DNA of 63,290 nt, filler included, from Octopus bimaculoides (Eukaryota), in assembly GCF_001194135.2 (NCBI RefSeq). It is 6 parts of 6 records of this genome, joined end to end, with 100 filler letters (N's around TTAATTAATTAA, not from the genome) between each part and the next. Parts side by side here need not be neighbours in the genome. Positions count along the whole stretch, not along the records: positions 10,359 to 28,018 come from NC_068997.1; positions 28,119 to 45,251 come from NC_068991.1; 4 more parts are not named here. One strand, written 5' to 3'. Below are positions 24,242-36,038 of this stretch, piece after piece. Position 1 is the stretch's first letter. Every line of letters begins with the position of its first letter. The translations under genes were made by a program, and so were the position numbers. The notes under the pieces are model-generated. The model was given only the letters and a program-made list of their open reading frames with translations, was not told the origin of the DNA and made no database searches.

Positions 24242-24666
24242 AGAAGCACCGGGCTGAATAACAACATAGATGTGCTACACCGGGTTTCCTATACAAAAAC
24301 AAATCTAATCCAATAACATCGATGGAAAGAACCGGTGGAAGATTTGAAGGAAGCGGTCTTTTAACGAAGATAATTTTAAAAAAATATTTTTTATTTTTAA
24401 AAAATGAAATTTTACTGCCATACAAAGTACAAGTCCTCCTATGCACGATGTCTCAGTGAAACACGTGCGATCACACACGCAAAACCAACACCGGAAAGTT
24501 TACAAACTATATAAAAAAGAAATGGAACAAAATAGTAAGTACATATATTGAATAATTACGCATACACTCGAACGTGTACACAATGATATATACGTTTTGA
24601 TACCCATAGAACTACACATGCATCTTAATGTTTACACAACTACGTGAAAATCACAGGACTCTCACT

Positions 24667-24667
24667 C

Positions 24668-24735
<68 letters not shown>

Positions 24736-24790
24736 CGATGACGATGACGATGATGATGATGATGATATTGATTATAATAATAATAATGAC
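24667..24790. repeat. Compound (AAT)n(GAC)n(GAT)n microsatellite
   Basis: Direct reading. Confidence 0.95.
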
Positions 24791-26168
24791 AACAACACTA
24801 GCTAGAAACACTAACCATGAATAAGGTAGCACCAATAATCATAAATTATATAAAACATTCCAGACAAAAGAGAGGCTCATAAAAACCAAAGTCATCCCCT
24901 TTAGAAGAGTAATATTTCAGGGAGACGCACTCTTTCCCTCTACTCCTCTTCTTGGCACTGACGCCTTTATCTGACATGCTCAAGAGAACTGGATGTGGAT
25001 ACAACTGTTACGGCAAAACAATCAGCCTTCTCTTATATATGGATGATCTAAAACTGTACGCTACAAATGATAAGCTGCTAGAAACATTACTACAGATAGT
25101 ACATGGATTTGTCAAAGAAATAAACATGAAATTTGGCTTAGAAAAATGTGCCGAAGCAACCTTGAAAAGAGGAAAACTAGTTAAGAGTAGCAACATCACA
25201 CTAGATAAAGCAAAGGAAATAAGAGAATTAGACCAAAGCCAAACATACAAGTACTTAGGAATCAATGATCTAGATACGATATAACACACACAAATAAAAG
25301 AGAATATAAAAAGGGAATACTAAAGGCGAGTCAGATTAATACTGAAAACCATGCCCAGTGTGAAAAACAAGTTAATAGGTATCAACACTCTAGCGGTCCC
25401 ACTTATGAGTTACAGCGACAATACTCTTAACTGGACTCTAAATGAACTAATCAAAATAGTCAGGAAAACAAGAAGAATAATCACAAAATCCAAAATCTGA
25501 CACAGAAAAGCTATACATACAACGTATCGAAGGTGGTAGAAGCCTTATACAGATAAAAAAAAAAAACTATTACAAATTAACCACCATAGGTCTACAGAAA
25601 TACCTACTTCAGAACCAAAGAAAATTAAATAGCCACAAAACATGAACCAAACAAAAAACTGTTTTCAGTCTTTTTGGAAGCTGACAAATGCAGAAAAGAA
25701 TTCATAGTACCTAACAACTATGAAGAAAGAGAAGAAACAACAAATGCTGTAAAACAACTGAAATCCAAACTAAAATTGTAATAGAGACGGATCATGATAA
25801 AACGATAGCAACAGATGACAATGTTTCTCTGAAAGAAACAGAGAAAATTTCAAATTACAAAGATCTGGAAATAGAGGTAACTCGAAATTGGAGCCTAAAA
25901 ACAGAAACAATTCCTGTCATAGTAGGCGCATTAGGTATAAAAAACATTCAGACAAATACATACCAAAAACATCAGGACTTACAAGTATATATAACATATA
26001 GAAAATAGCACTACTAGGCACCGTACACATCCCACGTAAAACACTTTCAATACAGTTAAAGTAAGAGCACCACAACAAACTATAGCACATACTCAAGGCA
26101 CACAGAGCTGCACTCGATAGTGCAATGAAAGCACGTGATAAAAATAAGGCTACCGAATAATAATAATA
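24790..26168 (+). mobile_element. R4/Dong-type non-LTR retrotransposon, 5'-truncated, internally deleted
   Basis: IFQGDAL..., LTPLSDMLKRTGCGY...YMDDLKLY...MKFGLEKC, QTYKYLG; C-terminal KYKDLEIEVTR, IPVIVGALG, KIALLGT; 3' UTR ending in (TAA)n. Confidence 0.88.
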
Positions 26169-26289
26169 GTTCATTCTTTTATTGGCCACACGGGCTTACA
26201 TAAAACAACATAGAAGGACATAACAGGACGATACAAATGGATTTTAAAAAAGTGTAAACAAAAGTATCAATTATAATTAAAAAATAGAG

Positions 26290-26405
26290 ACCCGTAGAAT
26301 AAGTACTAGGCTTACAAAGAATAAGTCCTGGGGTCGATTTGCTCGACTAAAGGCACTGCTCCAGCATGACCACAGTCAACTGATTGAAACAAATAAAAGA
26401 AAGGC
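26290..26405 (+). mobile_element. SINE family B 3' tail fragment
   Basis: AATAAGTACTAGGCTTACAAAGAATAAGTCCTGGGGTCGATTTGCTCGACTAAAGGC..CCAGCATG..GAAACAAATAAAAG. Confidence 0.85.
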
Positions 26406-26539
26406 AAAACATCCCTCTCCACCCTCACTTTATTTCTCAAGTGTAACTCGAAAAAGTTTATGAGGGCTTGGCCAAAGAGAAAATGTGTCCACCATACTAC
26501 CTCTTTCGCTACAGCCACAAAACAAATAAAAATTATCTG

Positions 26540-27062
26540 TCACTCCCGGCGAAAGGAGGGCAGTAGGGCAATCTTCACTATGGATTCAACTGATTTCAGG
26601 ATCCGTCCTACACGCAACAGCAGGTGTTCGGCATAAACCCACAAGTCAGCAATGCTCGGGCATTGGACAAGTGCATGTAGAACGGTTTCACCGCGCTGCT
26701 AGCATCTCGAACAAGCCCGACTGACAGCACACCCGTACCTGTAGACTTTGTCTCGTACCGGTAGCGCACCCCGGTAGCGCTACCAGGCTAAAGACATCTG
26801 GAAATTATCCATAATAGTCCCTGACCGGAAAGTACTTCCTCGTTTCTAATCCTCTGTCTATAGCTAAAGTGGAACATCCACCGATCCTATTGCACGACTT
26901 GTAGAGGACAGTGAGCACCTAACGACATTCTAAGTTCAAATTGCCCAGTCTCGCCCTAACCTTTACCCAGGACTGCAGCTCCGTCAAAGAGACGAGCTTC
27001 AGAAAGGCATGTCTAACAAATAGAGCCTACACACGTTCACCTTTTAGAAATTGCTGCAGGGG
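26540..27062 (-). mobile_element. L1/Tx1-type LINE ORF2 C-terminal fragment
   Basis: Hand translation of minus strand: SLAW*RYRGALPVRDKVYRYG...CSRC*QRGETVLHALVQCPSIADLW (zf-RVT-like CCHC knuckle). Confidence 0.75.
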
Positions 27063-27076
27063 GCGCAACTTGGGTT

Positions 27077-27982
27077 CATGATATCCCGGTCTCGCGCCAT
27101 TTCCGCTCTACCGGTCACTCTTCGCTCCTTTGCGTCACATGGGCTCAACTCTTCTCCCATCTTCATCTAACCCTCATCCCCTCTCCTCTCTTCCTCTCAC
27201 ATCTACTTCCTCCTACCCACCTCTCCTCTCTTGCTCTGACTCCTACTTCTTCTCTTGAATCCCACTTCTTCTCTTGAATCCTACTCTCTCTCTTCTCTTC
27301 ACTCCTACCCACCTTCTCCCTTCCCCTCTCCCTTCATCGTCACCCCTCCCTCGTAACCCCACCCCTGTACAATCAAACCCCAACTTCCTTATCCATCCCA
27401 TCGCACCCTACACCATCCCTTACACCCACTCCCACATACACCATTTCTATCCCCACTATCAGCATAACACACACCCTATCCGTGCTTTCCCCACTCTCGC
27501 CTCCCCACATCTCAACACCACACATCACACCAAACACCACGACACCATACACCACCATACCACCCAACATCACACCACCACGTACACACTAGCACTGACC
27601 ACTTCTCAGCCCTACACCATCATCCGCATACCTACACATGCACACACGTACACGTTAAGGTCACCATTCCTCTTCCACATGCACACGTCAAGGACACTAT
27701 TCCTCTTCCACACGCACATACATGCTCTCTTATACACTCGCACGCGCACCTTCGTTTTCGGATCACGACTACTTTATTATCACCCCTTCTTCCTAGCTCT
27801 CCTGTGTTACCCCTCTGTCCAGCATTCGCCATGGTAGATCGCTAACCGCGCTACACATTCTTTATTTTCTCTCCTTGTTTCTTTCTGTGTTCCTTTCTGT
27901 GGAAGAGCTTAGGCTCGAAACGTTAAAGACTTTTTCACTTCCCAAGCGTTAAACTAATATATCTGTTTGTTGTCTTCACCAC

Positions 27983-27986
<4 letters not shown>
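27077..27986 (+). mobile_element. Penelope-like element 3' end (Neptune-like), copy 2
   Basis: DIPVSRHFRSTGHS joined to RSFASHGLNSSPIFI* (stop 27168-27170), pyrimidine/CA-rich UTR, terminus homologous to 12.7-13.2 kb. Confidence 0.8.
27892..27929 (+). ncRNA. Minimal hammerhead-like motif with variant core, in PLE copy 2
   Basis: CTTT-CTGTGGAA-GAGC ttag GCTC-GAAAC-GTT-AAAG. Confidence 0.6.
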
Positions 27987-28018
<32 letters not shown>

Positions 28019-28535
28019 NNNNNNNNNNNNNNNNNNNNNNNNNNNNNNNNNNNNNNNNNNNNTTAATTAATTAANNNNNNNNNNNNNNNNNNNNNNNNNN
28101 NNNNNNNNNNNNNNNNNNTATATATATGTATATATGTATGTATCCATATATATATAATATGATATGTATGTATGCACACTCACACACGTACACGTATACA
28201 CTCTACTACTACTACTACTATTGCTGCGGACGTTATACAGCATCAGGATGACTTATTGCACCATTTTTTTCGCCAATTCTTTCAAGTATCTATCCAGGGG
28301 ATGACAGTTGAACTGGACATTGCTATACTAACATTGGTCTGGTACACATTTCAGCTGAGCACAGTGGAACAACGTAGAATGAAGTGCCTTGCTAAAGAGC
28401 ATCACACACACACACACACATACGCACATGTATATATTATGCACGTATATAATAATACGTGTATGAAGGGATGTACGTACACATGTATGTATATATGAAT
28501 ATGCTTATATACCGATAAATGTGTGCATGTATGTA

Positions 28536-28570
<35 letters not shown>

Positions 28571-29669
28571 ATATATATNNNNNNNNNNNNNNNNNNNNNN
28601 NNNNNNNNNNNNNNNNNNNNNNNNNNNNNNNNNNNNNNNNNNNNNNNNNNNNNNNNNNNNNNNNNNNNNNNNNNNNNNNNNNNNNNNNNNNNNNNNNNNN
28701 NNNNNNNNNNNNNNNNNNNNNNNNNNNNNNNNNNNNNNNNNNNNNNNNNNNNNNNNNNNNNNNNNNNNNNNNNNNNNNNNNNNNNNNNNNNNNNNNNNNN
28801 NNNNNNNNNNNNNNNNNNNNNNNNNNNNNNNNNNNNNNNNNNNNNNNNNNNNNNNNNNNNNNNNNNNNNNNNNNNNNNNNNNNNNNNNNNNNNTAAAAAT
28901 AAAAATAAAAAAATAAAAAAGGGATTTTATGATAGTGTATAGAGGAATATATTATTCAAAAGAATTCCAACTCTGTTTTTTATGTTTTATTTATATTCCT
29001 ATAAAATTAATGTGGGATATAGAATATGGAATATATAGTAAAATGAAATGAAGTATTAAATGTCTTATTGAATAAATGAAATATTGAATATTAACTATAT
29101 AAGGACTAGTATACTTTCCTACTTTCTAGCAGCCTTCAAGGTCCCGTGTGACAGAAGTGTTTTAACTGTAGTTGACTGGGTGCAGGGCAACGCTAGCATT
29201 GCTAGAAACAAGAGTCAAAGACTCTTTATCCATGTGCAAAGCATGGTTCTATATATTGACAAGGGAGACAACCTCCCCACAACAAGCGAGGGCATCAGAT
29301 TGGTATGCCAATTTCGCATGAAATTAATGCTCATCGTTGATGCTACATCATTGCTCCATATACAATGTAACTATCACTGAATGCGATAATTCGCAATAAA
29401 ATATTCAATATTCATAATTTAATGGGGAAAATATGATATTCACTATTTAATTTTCTGTTTGTCCATTTTAATCCAATCCAGACTCCAATTGTAACAATAT
29501 GATTTCTTATTGGTGGGAGACAAGAGAAAAGCTTTAAATTATAAATTATCCAGTCTAATTCAGTCATTCCGTAGTAACTTCTAATAACAGAAAGATCATG
29601 TAAAAATTTATTCCAATACTAGATCACAGAAATTTCCAATGGATAATGACTGTCCCAAATCAAAGGCTA

Positions 29670-30740
29670 CGTTATCATCACTACTCATCCTACACAAGCT
29701 ACTGAGTAGCTGCAGGAAGACACAGCTCACATAGGCTTAAATGTGAATTAAAGTGGTACATGCAGAGCCACACAAGTATGGAATATTTGTCTTATTGTTA
29801 CCAAAGCTAATTACAAGTACAGTTGTTGTTCTTAGATGCCACTTTTCTTGAGACTTCTACTTCAAGGTCCTTGTTTTTACATTTCAAATGTATTTACTTT
29901 TCAAGTCTGCTGGAATTGACATATTGAATTGACATATTGGCAGACATGTTTTGTCAATGCAAATCTTTTATCACAATTTCTGGTTTCTTGGTCCTAATAG
30001 CTCGGTCAGTTTGAATACTGAAATCCCAAAGAACAGTGATATCTTTATTTTCTACTCGTACTTTCCTACAAGTTCTTCTCATACAGGAGTCCAAACTTAC
30101 GGCATATAATCCCATAACAACTGACCAAATCTATCATGACGATTAATATATTCATTTGAGACTAACATTGAGCATCCAGAGAGGAGGTAGTCAATTATTT
30201 CTCTGGTTGTACCACAAAAGCGACGGGGGGGATTAGCACCATTTTTTAGACTGCTGGCCTGATAGTTACTGGTGGGCAGACACTGATCCTGAGCGACTAC
30301 AACGAAGCCCTCCGTTCTTGATTTTAAGTCTAGATGCAGCCAACCACTGATGGGTCATATTTGTATCAACATCAGGATTACTGGCTCTTGTAGGGTATTT
30401 ACCATGTGAAGCCTTACTTTTTCCATTTATTTCGCAGCTTTGAAATTACATTCGAATTGGTTCGTACTTTTAGTCGTTTTGCTTTTACAGTGGGCTCTTC
30501 TGTTTCATCTAGTTACACTTCAGTCTCGGTAATCTTTAATTCCTTTACATATTTTTTTGTTTCTTCTGACACTGAATAGTTTTTTGGCACTTTCATACTT
30601 GCAGACAAGTTTAAACATCCAGTCATTGTCGTTCTATAGATAGACGTCTAACTCTATGGTTGCTGATTTTTGAGACACTTCCAGATTCACCAGTCCACGT
30701 CCTCCATCCTTTCGTTGGATGAATAGTCTGTCTACATCTG
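29670..30740 (-). mobile_element. R4/Dong-type non-LTR retrotransposon 3' part
   Basis: Minus strand DVDRLFIQRKDGGRGLVNLE; LSGCSMLVSNEYINRHDR; VENKDITVLWDFSIQTDRAIRTKKPEIVI (RLE PD-(D/E)xK region). Confidence 0.82.
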
Positions 30741-30751
30741 TATTATTATTA

Positions 30752-30932
30752 CTGAGCTGGAAGAATCGTTAGCACGGCGGGCAAAATAGTTCTGGGTCCA
30801 AATTCCATTGAGGTCGACTTTGTCTTTCATCCTTTCGGAGTCGATCAAATAAGTACCAGTTGAACACTGGAGTCAATGTAATTGACTTAACCCTTCCCAA
30901 AATATTGTTGACAAGGTGCAAAAATTTGAAAG

Positions 30933-30933
<1 letters not shown>
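30752..30933 (+). mobile_element. SINE family D (Nin-domain-like core)
   Basis: GAGCTGGAAGAATCGTTAGCACG...GAGGTCGACTTTGTCTTTCATCCTTTCGGAGTCGATCAAATAAGTACCAG. Confidence 0.85.
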
Positions 30934-30992
<59 letters not shown>

Positions 30993-31011
30993 CATTATTA
31001 TTATTACTTTG

Positions 31012-31043
<32 letters not shown>

Positions 31044-31151
31044 GATACTGTTATACGATACTAATGTTGTGGCCGATTAAATTATTTTTCATCACGGACC
31101 ACACCCGTAATCTACGATTAAAAAACCTCCTTTTCCTGTTAAAGGAACCAC

Positions 31152-31226
<75 letters not shown>
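30934..31226. repeat. (TTA)n (30934-31043) and (GTA)n (31153-31226) microsatellites
   Basis: Direct reading. Confidence 0.95.
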
Positions 31227-31227
<1 letters not shown>

Positions 31228-32219
31228 TTTGCAATTAAATCATTTCTACCCCACTTCATATTTTTGGCTCTCTTACGTCAACATTTATTCCCATATTAAC
31301 TTGGATTTTGTAATGATCCGTATCATTAAATATACATTAATGACAGCTTATTGTGTGTGAGTGAGAGAGTGAGAGAGTGAGTGAGTGAGTGAGTGAGTGA
31401 GTGAGTGGAGTAGATGTCATCTCCACCCGACTTGGTGATTTCTAAATCATTCGATATATTAAATATTAACAAATATTACAATCTTGAACATATACTGATT
31501 ATCTAATCACGACTTCAGTAAACATGTTGAAGTTTCTTCCTCGCCGAGACAATCAGAATAAGACAGACACATGTCGAGAGTTGTCGCTTATACATACTGG
31601 AAAATACTAAAATACGAGCCACATTGATTCATACTTATCTCCTATATTTCTAGATAGCTTTTTTAATATTCCATACATAAAACTTTAAGTTTGGTGAAAT
31701 ATTTGCTGTGTTATTCGTGGGTTACTTAATCATAGATTCAGCCATGTTTCTTGATAGCATCTCGTAACAGTCTCGTATTGTGTTGCGTGACTCCAAGGAA
31801 ACTAAGTATAAATATCAAGACTAGTGCAGATAAATATCTGCACTAAGAAACAGAACTAATTAACATTACCACATTTCTATACACTAAGAATATTCACATT
31901 GTTCAATATTAGATTGACATAAACCATAATGTAATGTCATATACCATTATATACCACTAGATAATGATTTAACGCGGTCAGTTGTTACATATACTGCCAT
32001 GAGCTAGAATCGAACTTGTCTTCTCAACTACGCATACAAATATTTTGATATGCTCCTATACGCCATGTCACGTGTCAATATGACTGATGACTGATGGTAT
32101 GCGATATGTTCATGATAGATTGAGACCTGCTATATGGATGAGTAAAGGAGGCAGTGGTTACTTTGGCTGTTAAGGGATGGGGTGATCATATGTACTAGTG
32201 TAGATAGTGATGGCAATGA

Positions 32220-32272
<53 letters not shown>

Positions 32273-32500
32273 AGAGTAGGTGCGAATGTTGTGGTTGTTC
32301 TGAGGGATGTAGTAGAATTGATAAAGTAGTAATGTCAATGATGATGATGATGATGAGGAGGNNNNNNNNNNNNNNNNNNNNNNNNNNNNNNNNNNNNNNN
32401 NNNNNNNNNNNNNNNNNNNNNNNNNNNNNNNNNNNNNNNNNNNNGAGGAGGAGGAGGAGGAGGAGGAGGAGGAGGAAGAGGAGGAAGAGGAAGAGGAGGG
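32220..32500. repeat. (GTA)n, (GAT)n and (GAG)n trinucleotide tracts around a gap
   Basis: Direct reading. Confidence 0.9.
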
Positions 32501-32949
32501 GGACATTGCAGTCTGATAGTGAGAGCGGGGACATAGAATTTAGGGTGAAGTGGAGACAGGCGCGAGGGCAAATAATACGTAAGAGGAAGATAACCGTTTA
32601 GCCTCGAGGTCGTTGAAGCAAACAGCCAAGCAACTAGTTCTAGTTTACGGTTGGGAAAAATTTGTTCAATGACAAAAAGAGAAGGGGAGGGAGGGAGAAA
32701 AAGAGAGGGACTGGGGAAAGAAGCTTATGAGAAGAGGGAGAGAAGAGAACAGAGAATAATCATGTGGTATGGTGGCGGCTGAGGCTGGTTGCCGATCCTA
32801 ATCCGTTTAATGAACAGTGTGTCTGATGTCTATAACTGACTAACTAACCAACTAACTATGTAACTTAGACTAGACGATACTGAAACAACTGATAAGGGAG
32901 TTTCGAAGTAGTTAGTGTCAATGTTTGATGGATTGAACAAAACAGACGA

Positions 32950-33080
32950 CCGACTGCGGAAGTAGAAGAGCGAAAATAAAAGGAAAAGTATAGCGTCACT
33001 TGATAATGGATTCTTACAACTTCCGGCCAATAACTAAAATAGGGAGGATGGTGGAGGTGGGGTATAAAAGTTATAAAAAG
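32950..33080. promoter_or_regulatory. Candidate promoter motif cluster (ETS x2, CCAAT, TATA-like)
   Basis: GCGGAAGT 32956-32963, ACTTCCGG 33019-33026, CCAAT 33027-33031, TATAAAAG 33063-33070; no transcript evidence. Confidence 0.25.
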
Positions 33081-33354
33081 GAGTAAGTTATATTACTTGA
33101 TCTAGCTTACCATATGTACTGAACGCAGTAATAAGAGTGGTAGATTAATAGTGTAGATAGATAGGCATAGACAGATATACTTAAAAAATACATTTGAACA
33201 TACACTCATACATGCAGAATTACCTACATATCTTTATATACATAGACACAAGCATACATATGCTCATACATAAATACATACATACATATATATACACACA
33301 ATGAAAATATGTTTGGAAAAAACACACGTGCAAATGTACTCACACACGCATACA

Positions 33355-33509
33355 CACATCATATTCGTTGGTGTGTTTAGGTGGTTCGGCAAAAGAGGCC
33401 GATAGAATATTACGAGGCTTGCAAAGAATAAGTCCAAGGGTCGATTTCTTCGACTAAAAGGCTGTGCTCCAGCATGGCCACAGTCAAAATGATTGAAACA
33501 AATAAAAGA

Positions 33510-33512
<3 letters not shown>
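33355..33512 (+). mobile_element. SINE family B 3' half
   Basis: GGTGTGTTT..GGTTCGGCAAAAGAG.CCGATAGAAT..CCAGCATGGCCACAGTCAAAATGATTGAAACAAATAAAAG. Confidence 0.8.
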
Positions 33513-33558
<46 letters not shown>

Positions 33559-33981
33559 ATGATATTAGGGGCAAAATCCAAAATTACAGGTAAAAACTCA
33601 ATTAAAATCAATTTATAAAAAATTAAAATTAAATTAAGCTTNNNNNNNNNNNNNNNNNNNNNNNNNNNNNNNNNNNNNNNNNNNNNNNNNNNNNNNNNNN
33701 NNNNNNNNNNNNNNNNNNNNNNNNNNNNNNNNNNNNNNNNNNNNNNNNNNNNNNNNNNNNNNNNNNNNNNNNNNNNNNNNNNNNNNNNNNNNNNNNNNNN
33801 NNNNNNNNNNNNNNNNNNNNNNNNNNNNNNNNNNNNNNNNNNNNNNNNNNNNNNNNNNNNNNNNNNNNNNNNNNNNNNNNNNNNNNNNNNNNNNNNNNNN
33901 NNNNNNNNNNNNNNNNNNNNNNNNNNNNNNNNNNNNNNNNNNNNNNNNNNNNNNNNNNNNNNNNNNNNNNNNNNNNNNNNN

Positions 33982-34023
<42 letters not shown>

Positions 34024-34896
34024 CTTGTGGGCATATAACAAGCCAGCCGACATTCAAAATCTATAGTGAGACATCTTTACCCAATAAAAATCTAATACGA
34101 AATCCATCTCCTGTAAATTAATACTATTACCCTAACTGCCACTGTGGAGTCCCTGAGGTAGATCCAACAGAAGTGTACCACAACTGCGGATGATAACAGG
34201 TAGCCTAAACTGTGCCGGTGCTCTAATTTAAACACACTAATCGACTTATACTTATTTCTCCAAATAATTTATTATATATATATATATATTTATTTATTTA
34301 TTTATGTGTTTCAGCCAAGTGGCTGCGGTCATGCTGGTGCACCACCATATGTATATATATTCAAAGAGAGCTAGAGGTTGTGAATCCAACCAACTAAGGG
34401 AGAGTATCTATCCCATATACTGCTGGTAGTATACCCAATTATTAATACACAAGTGTTGGTTATTGCGTGGCAATTAGACTATTGAGCGTAATAAATAGGC
34501 GAGGGTAAAAAGTGATCAACCCTTAATTTATACGGTAAGAAGAAAATGGAGGAGACACAGAAAAGGTATACTTCAACTGTTAGACATTATATTATGTCTA
34601 TTTAGTTATTTTAAACAATTATAAGAATATATTTACATATGTAAAGACTGTGTATTACATACATAAGTACCAGTAATTCCTAGAATAGAAAAAGAAAAGG
34701 AACGGTTTCTTACAGCCGTTTCTGCCAAGTCACAATACCCCAAATGTTATTTCTATCTCTTCAGTGTTCTGTAGTGTTCGGTAGATAAAATTAGGGTATT
34801 CGATGTGCCTCTAAGCTTCATCACAGAGTTTAAAAGCGGGTCTAAGAAGTTCAGAGGGCTAATGTATGTATATATAAAAATACATATACACACTCA

Positions 34897-34928
<32 letters not shown>

Positions 34929-35004
34929 CACATGTATATATATAGATGTATATATATATATGTATATATATATATCTATATATATATATGTATATATATA
35001 TATG

Positions 35005-35047
<43 letters not shown>

Positions 35048-35887
35048 NNNNNNNNNNNNNNNNNNNNNNNNNNNNNNNNNNNNNNNNNNNNNNNNNNNNN
35101 NNNNNNNNNNNNNNNNNNNNNNNNNNNNNNNNNNNNNNNNNNNNNNNNNNNNNNNNNNNNNNNNNNNNNNNNNNNNNNNNNNNNNNNNNNNNNNNNNNNN
35201 NNNNNNNNNNNNNNNNNNNNNNNNNNNNNNNNNNNNNNNNNNNNNNNNNNNNNNNNNNNNNNNNNNNNNNNNNNNNNNNNNNNNNNNNNNNNNNNNNNNN
35301 NNNNNNNNNNNNNNNNNNNNNNNNNNNNNNNNNNNNNNNNNNNNNNNNNNNNNNNNNNNNNNNNNNNNNNNNNNNNNNNNNNNNNNNNNNNNNNNNNNNN
35401 NNNNNNNNNNNNNNNNNNNNNNNNNNNNNNNNNNNNNNNNNNNNNNNNNNNNNNNNNNNNNNNNNNNNNNNNNNNNNNNNNNNNNNNNNNNNNNNNNNNN
35501 NNNNNNNNNNNNNNNNNNNNNNNNNNNNNNNNNNNNNNNNNNNNNNNNNNNNNNNNNNNNNNNNNNNNNNNNNNNNNNNNNNNNNNNNNNNNNNNNNNNN
35601 NNNNNNNNNNNNNNNNNNNNNNNNNNNNNNNNNNNNNNNNNNNNNNNNNNNNNNNNNNNNNNNNNNNNNNNNNNNNNNNNNNNNNNNNNNNNNNNNNNNN
35701 NNNNNNNNNNNNNNNNNNNNNNNNNNNNNNNNNNNNNNNNNNNNNNNNNNNNNNNNNNNNNNNNNNNNNNNNNNNNNNNNNNNNNNNNNNNNNNNNNNNN
35801 NNNNNNNNNNNTATAAGAATTTATCAAGTAGTTAGCGTGAAAAACCTCATAAGGGAAAAATTTATTAATTATTCCCTATAAATATAT

Positions 35888-36038
35888 TTATTTATATTAA
35901 GGGCATTACTATACATAAATGTCTCACGCTAGGAGGGACTCTTAAAGTCAAAACTACTTTTTATTATGGTAGTTTTGACTTTTAGAGTCCCTCCTAGCGT
36001 GAGGCATTTATGTATAGTAATGCCCTTAATATAAATAA
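35888..36038. repeat. Near-perfect inverted repeat (70-bp arms, 11-nt loop)
   Basis: Arms 35888-35957 and 35969-36038 differ at 2 positions; loop TTTTTATTATG. Confidence 0.92.

Noticed and set aside
32182-32601. Poly-Ser/Met/Arg ORF and antisense poly-Pro/His ORF resembling transcription-factor low-complexity regions
   Set aside because: Built from trinucleotide repeats and a gap; terminates without any domain.
34700-34780. CTGAAGA...GAAAC on the minus strand; also CTGAAGA-CTC..GAG at about 41970-42010
   Set aside because: No stem II in the first and no GAAA in the second; expected chance or heavily decayed matches.
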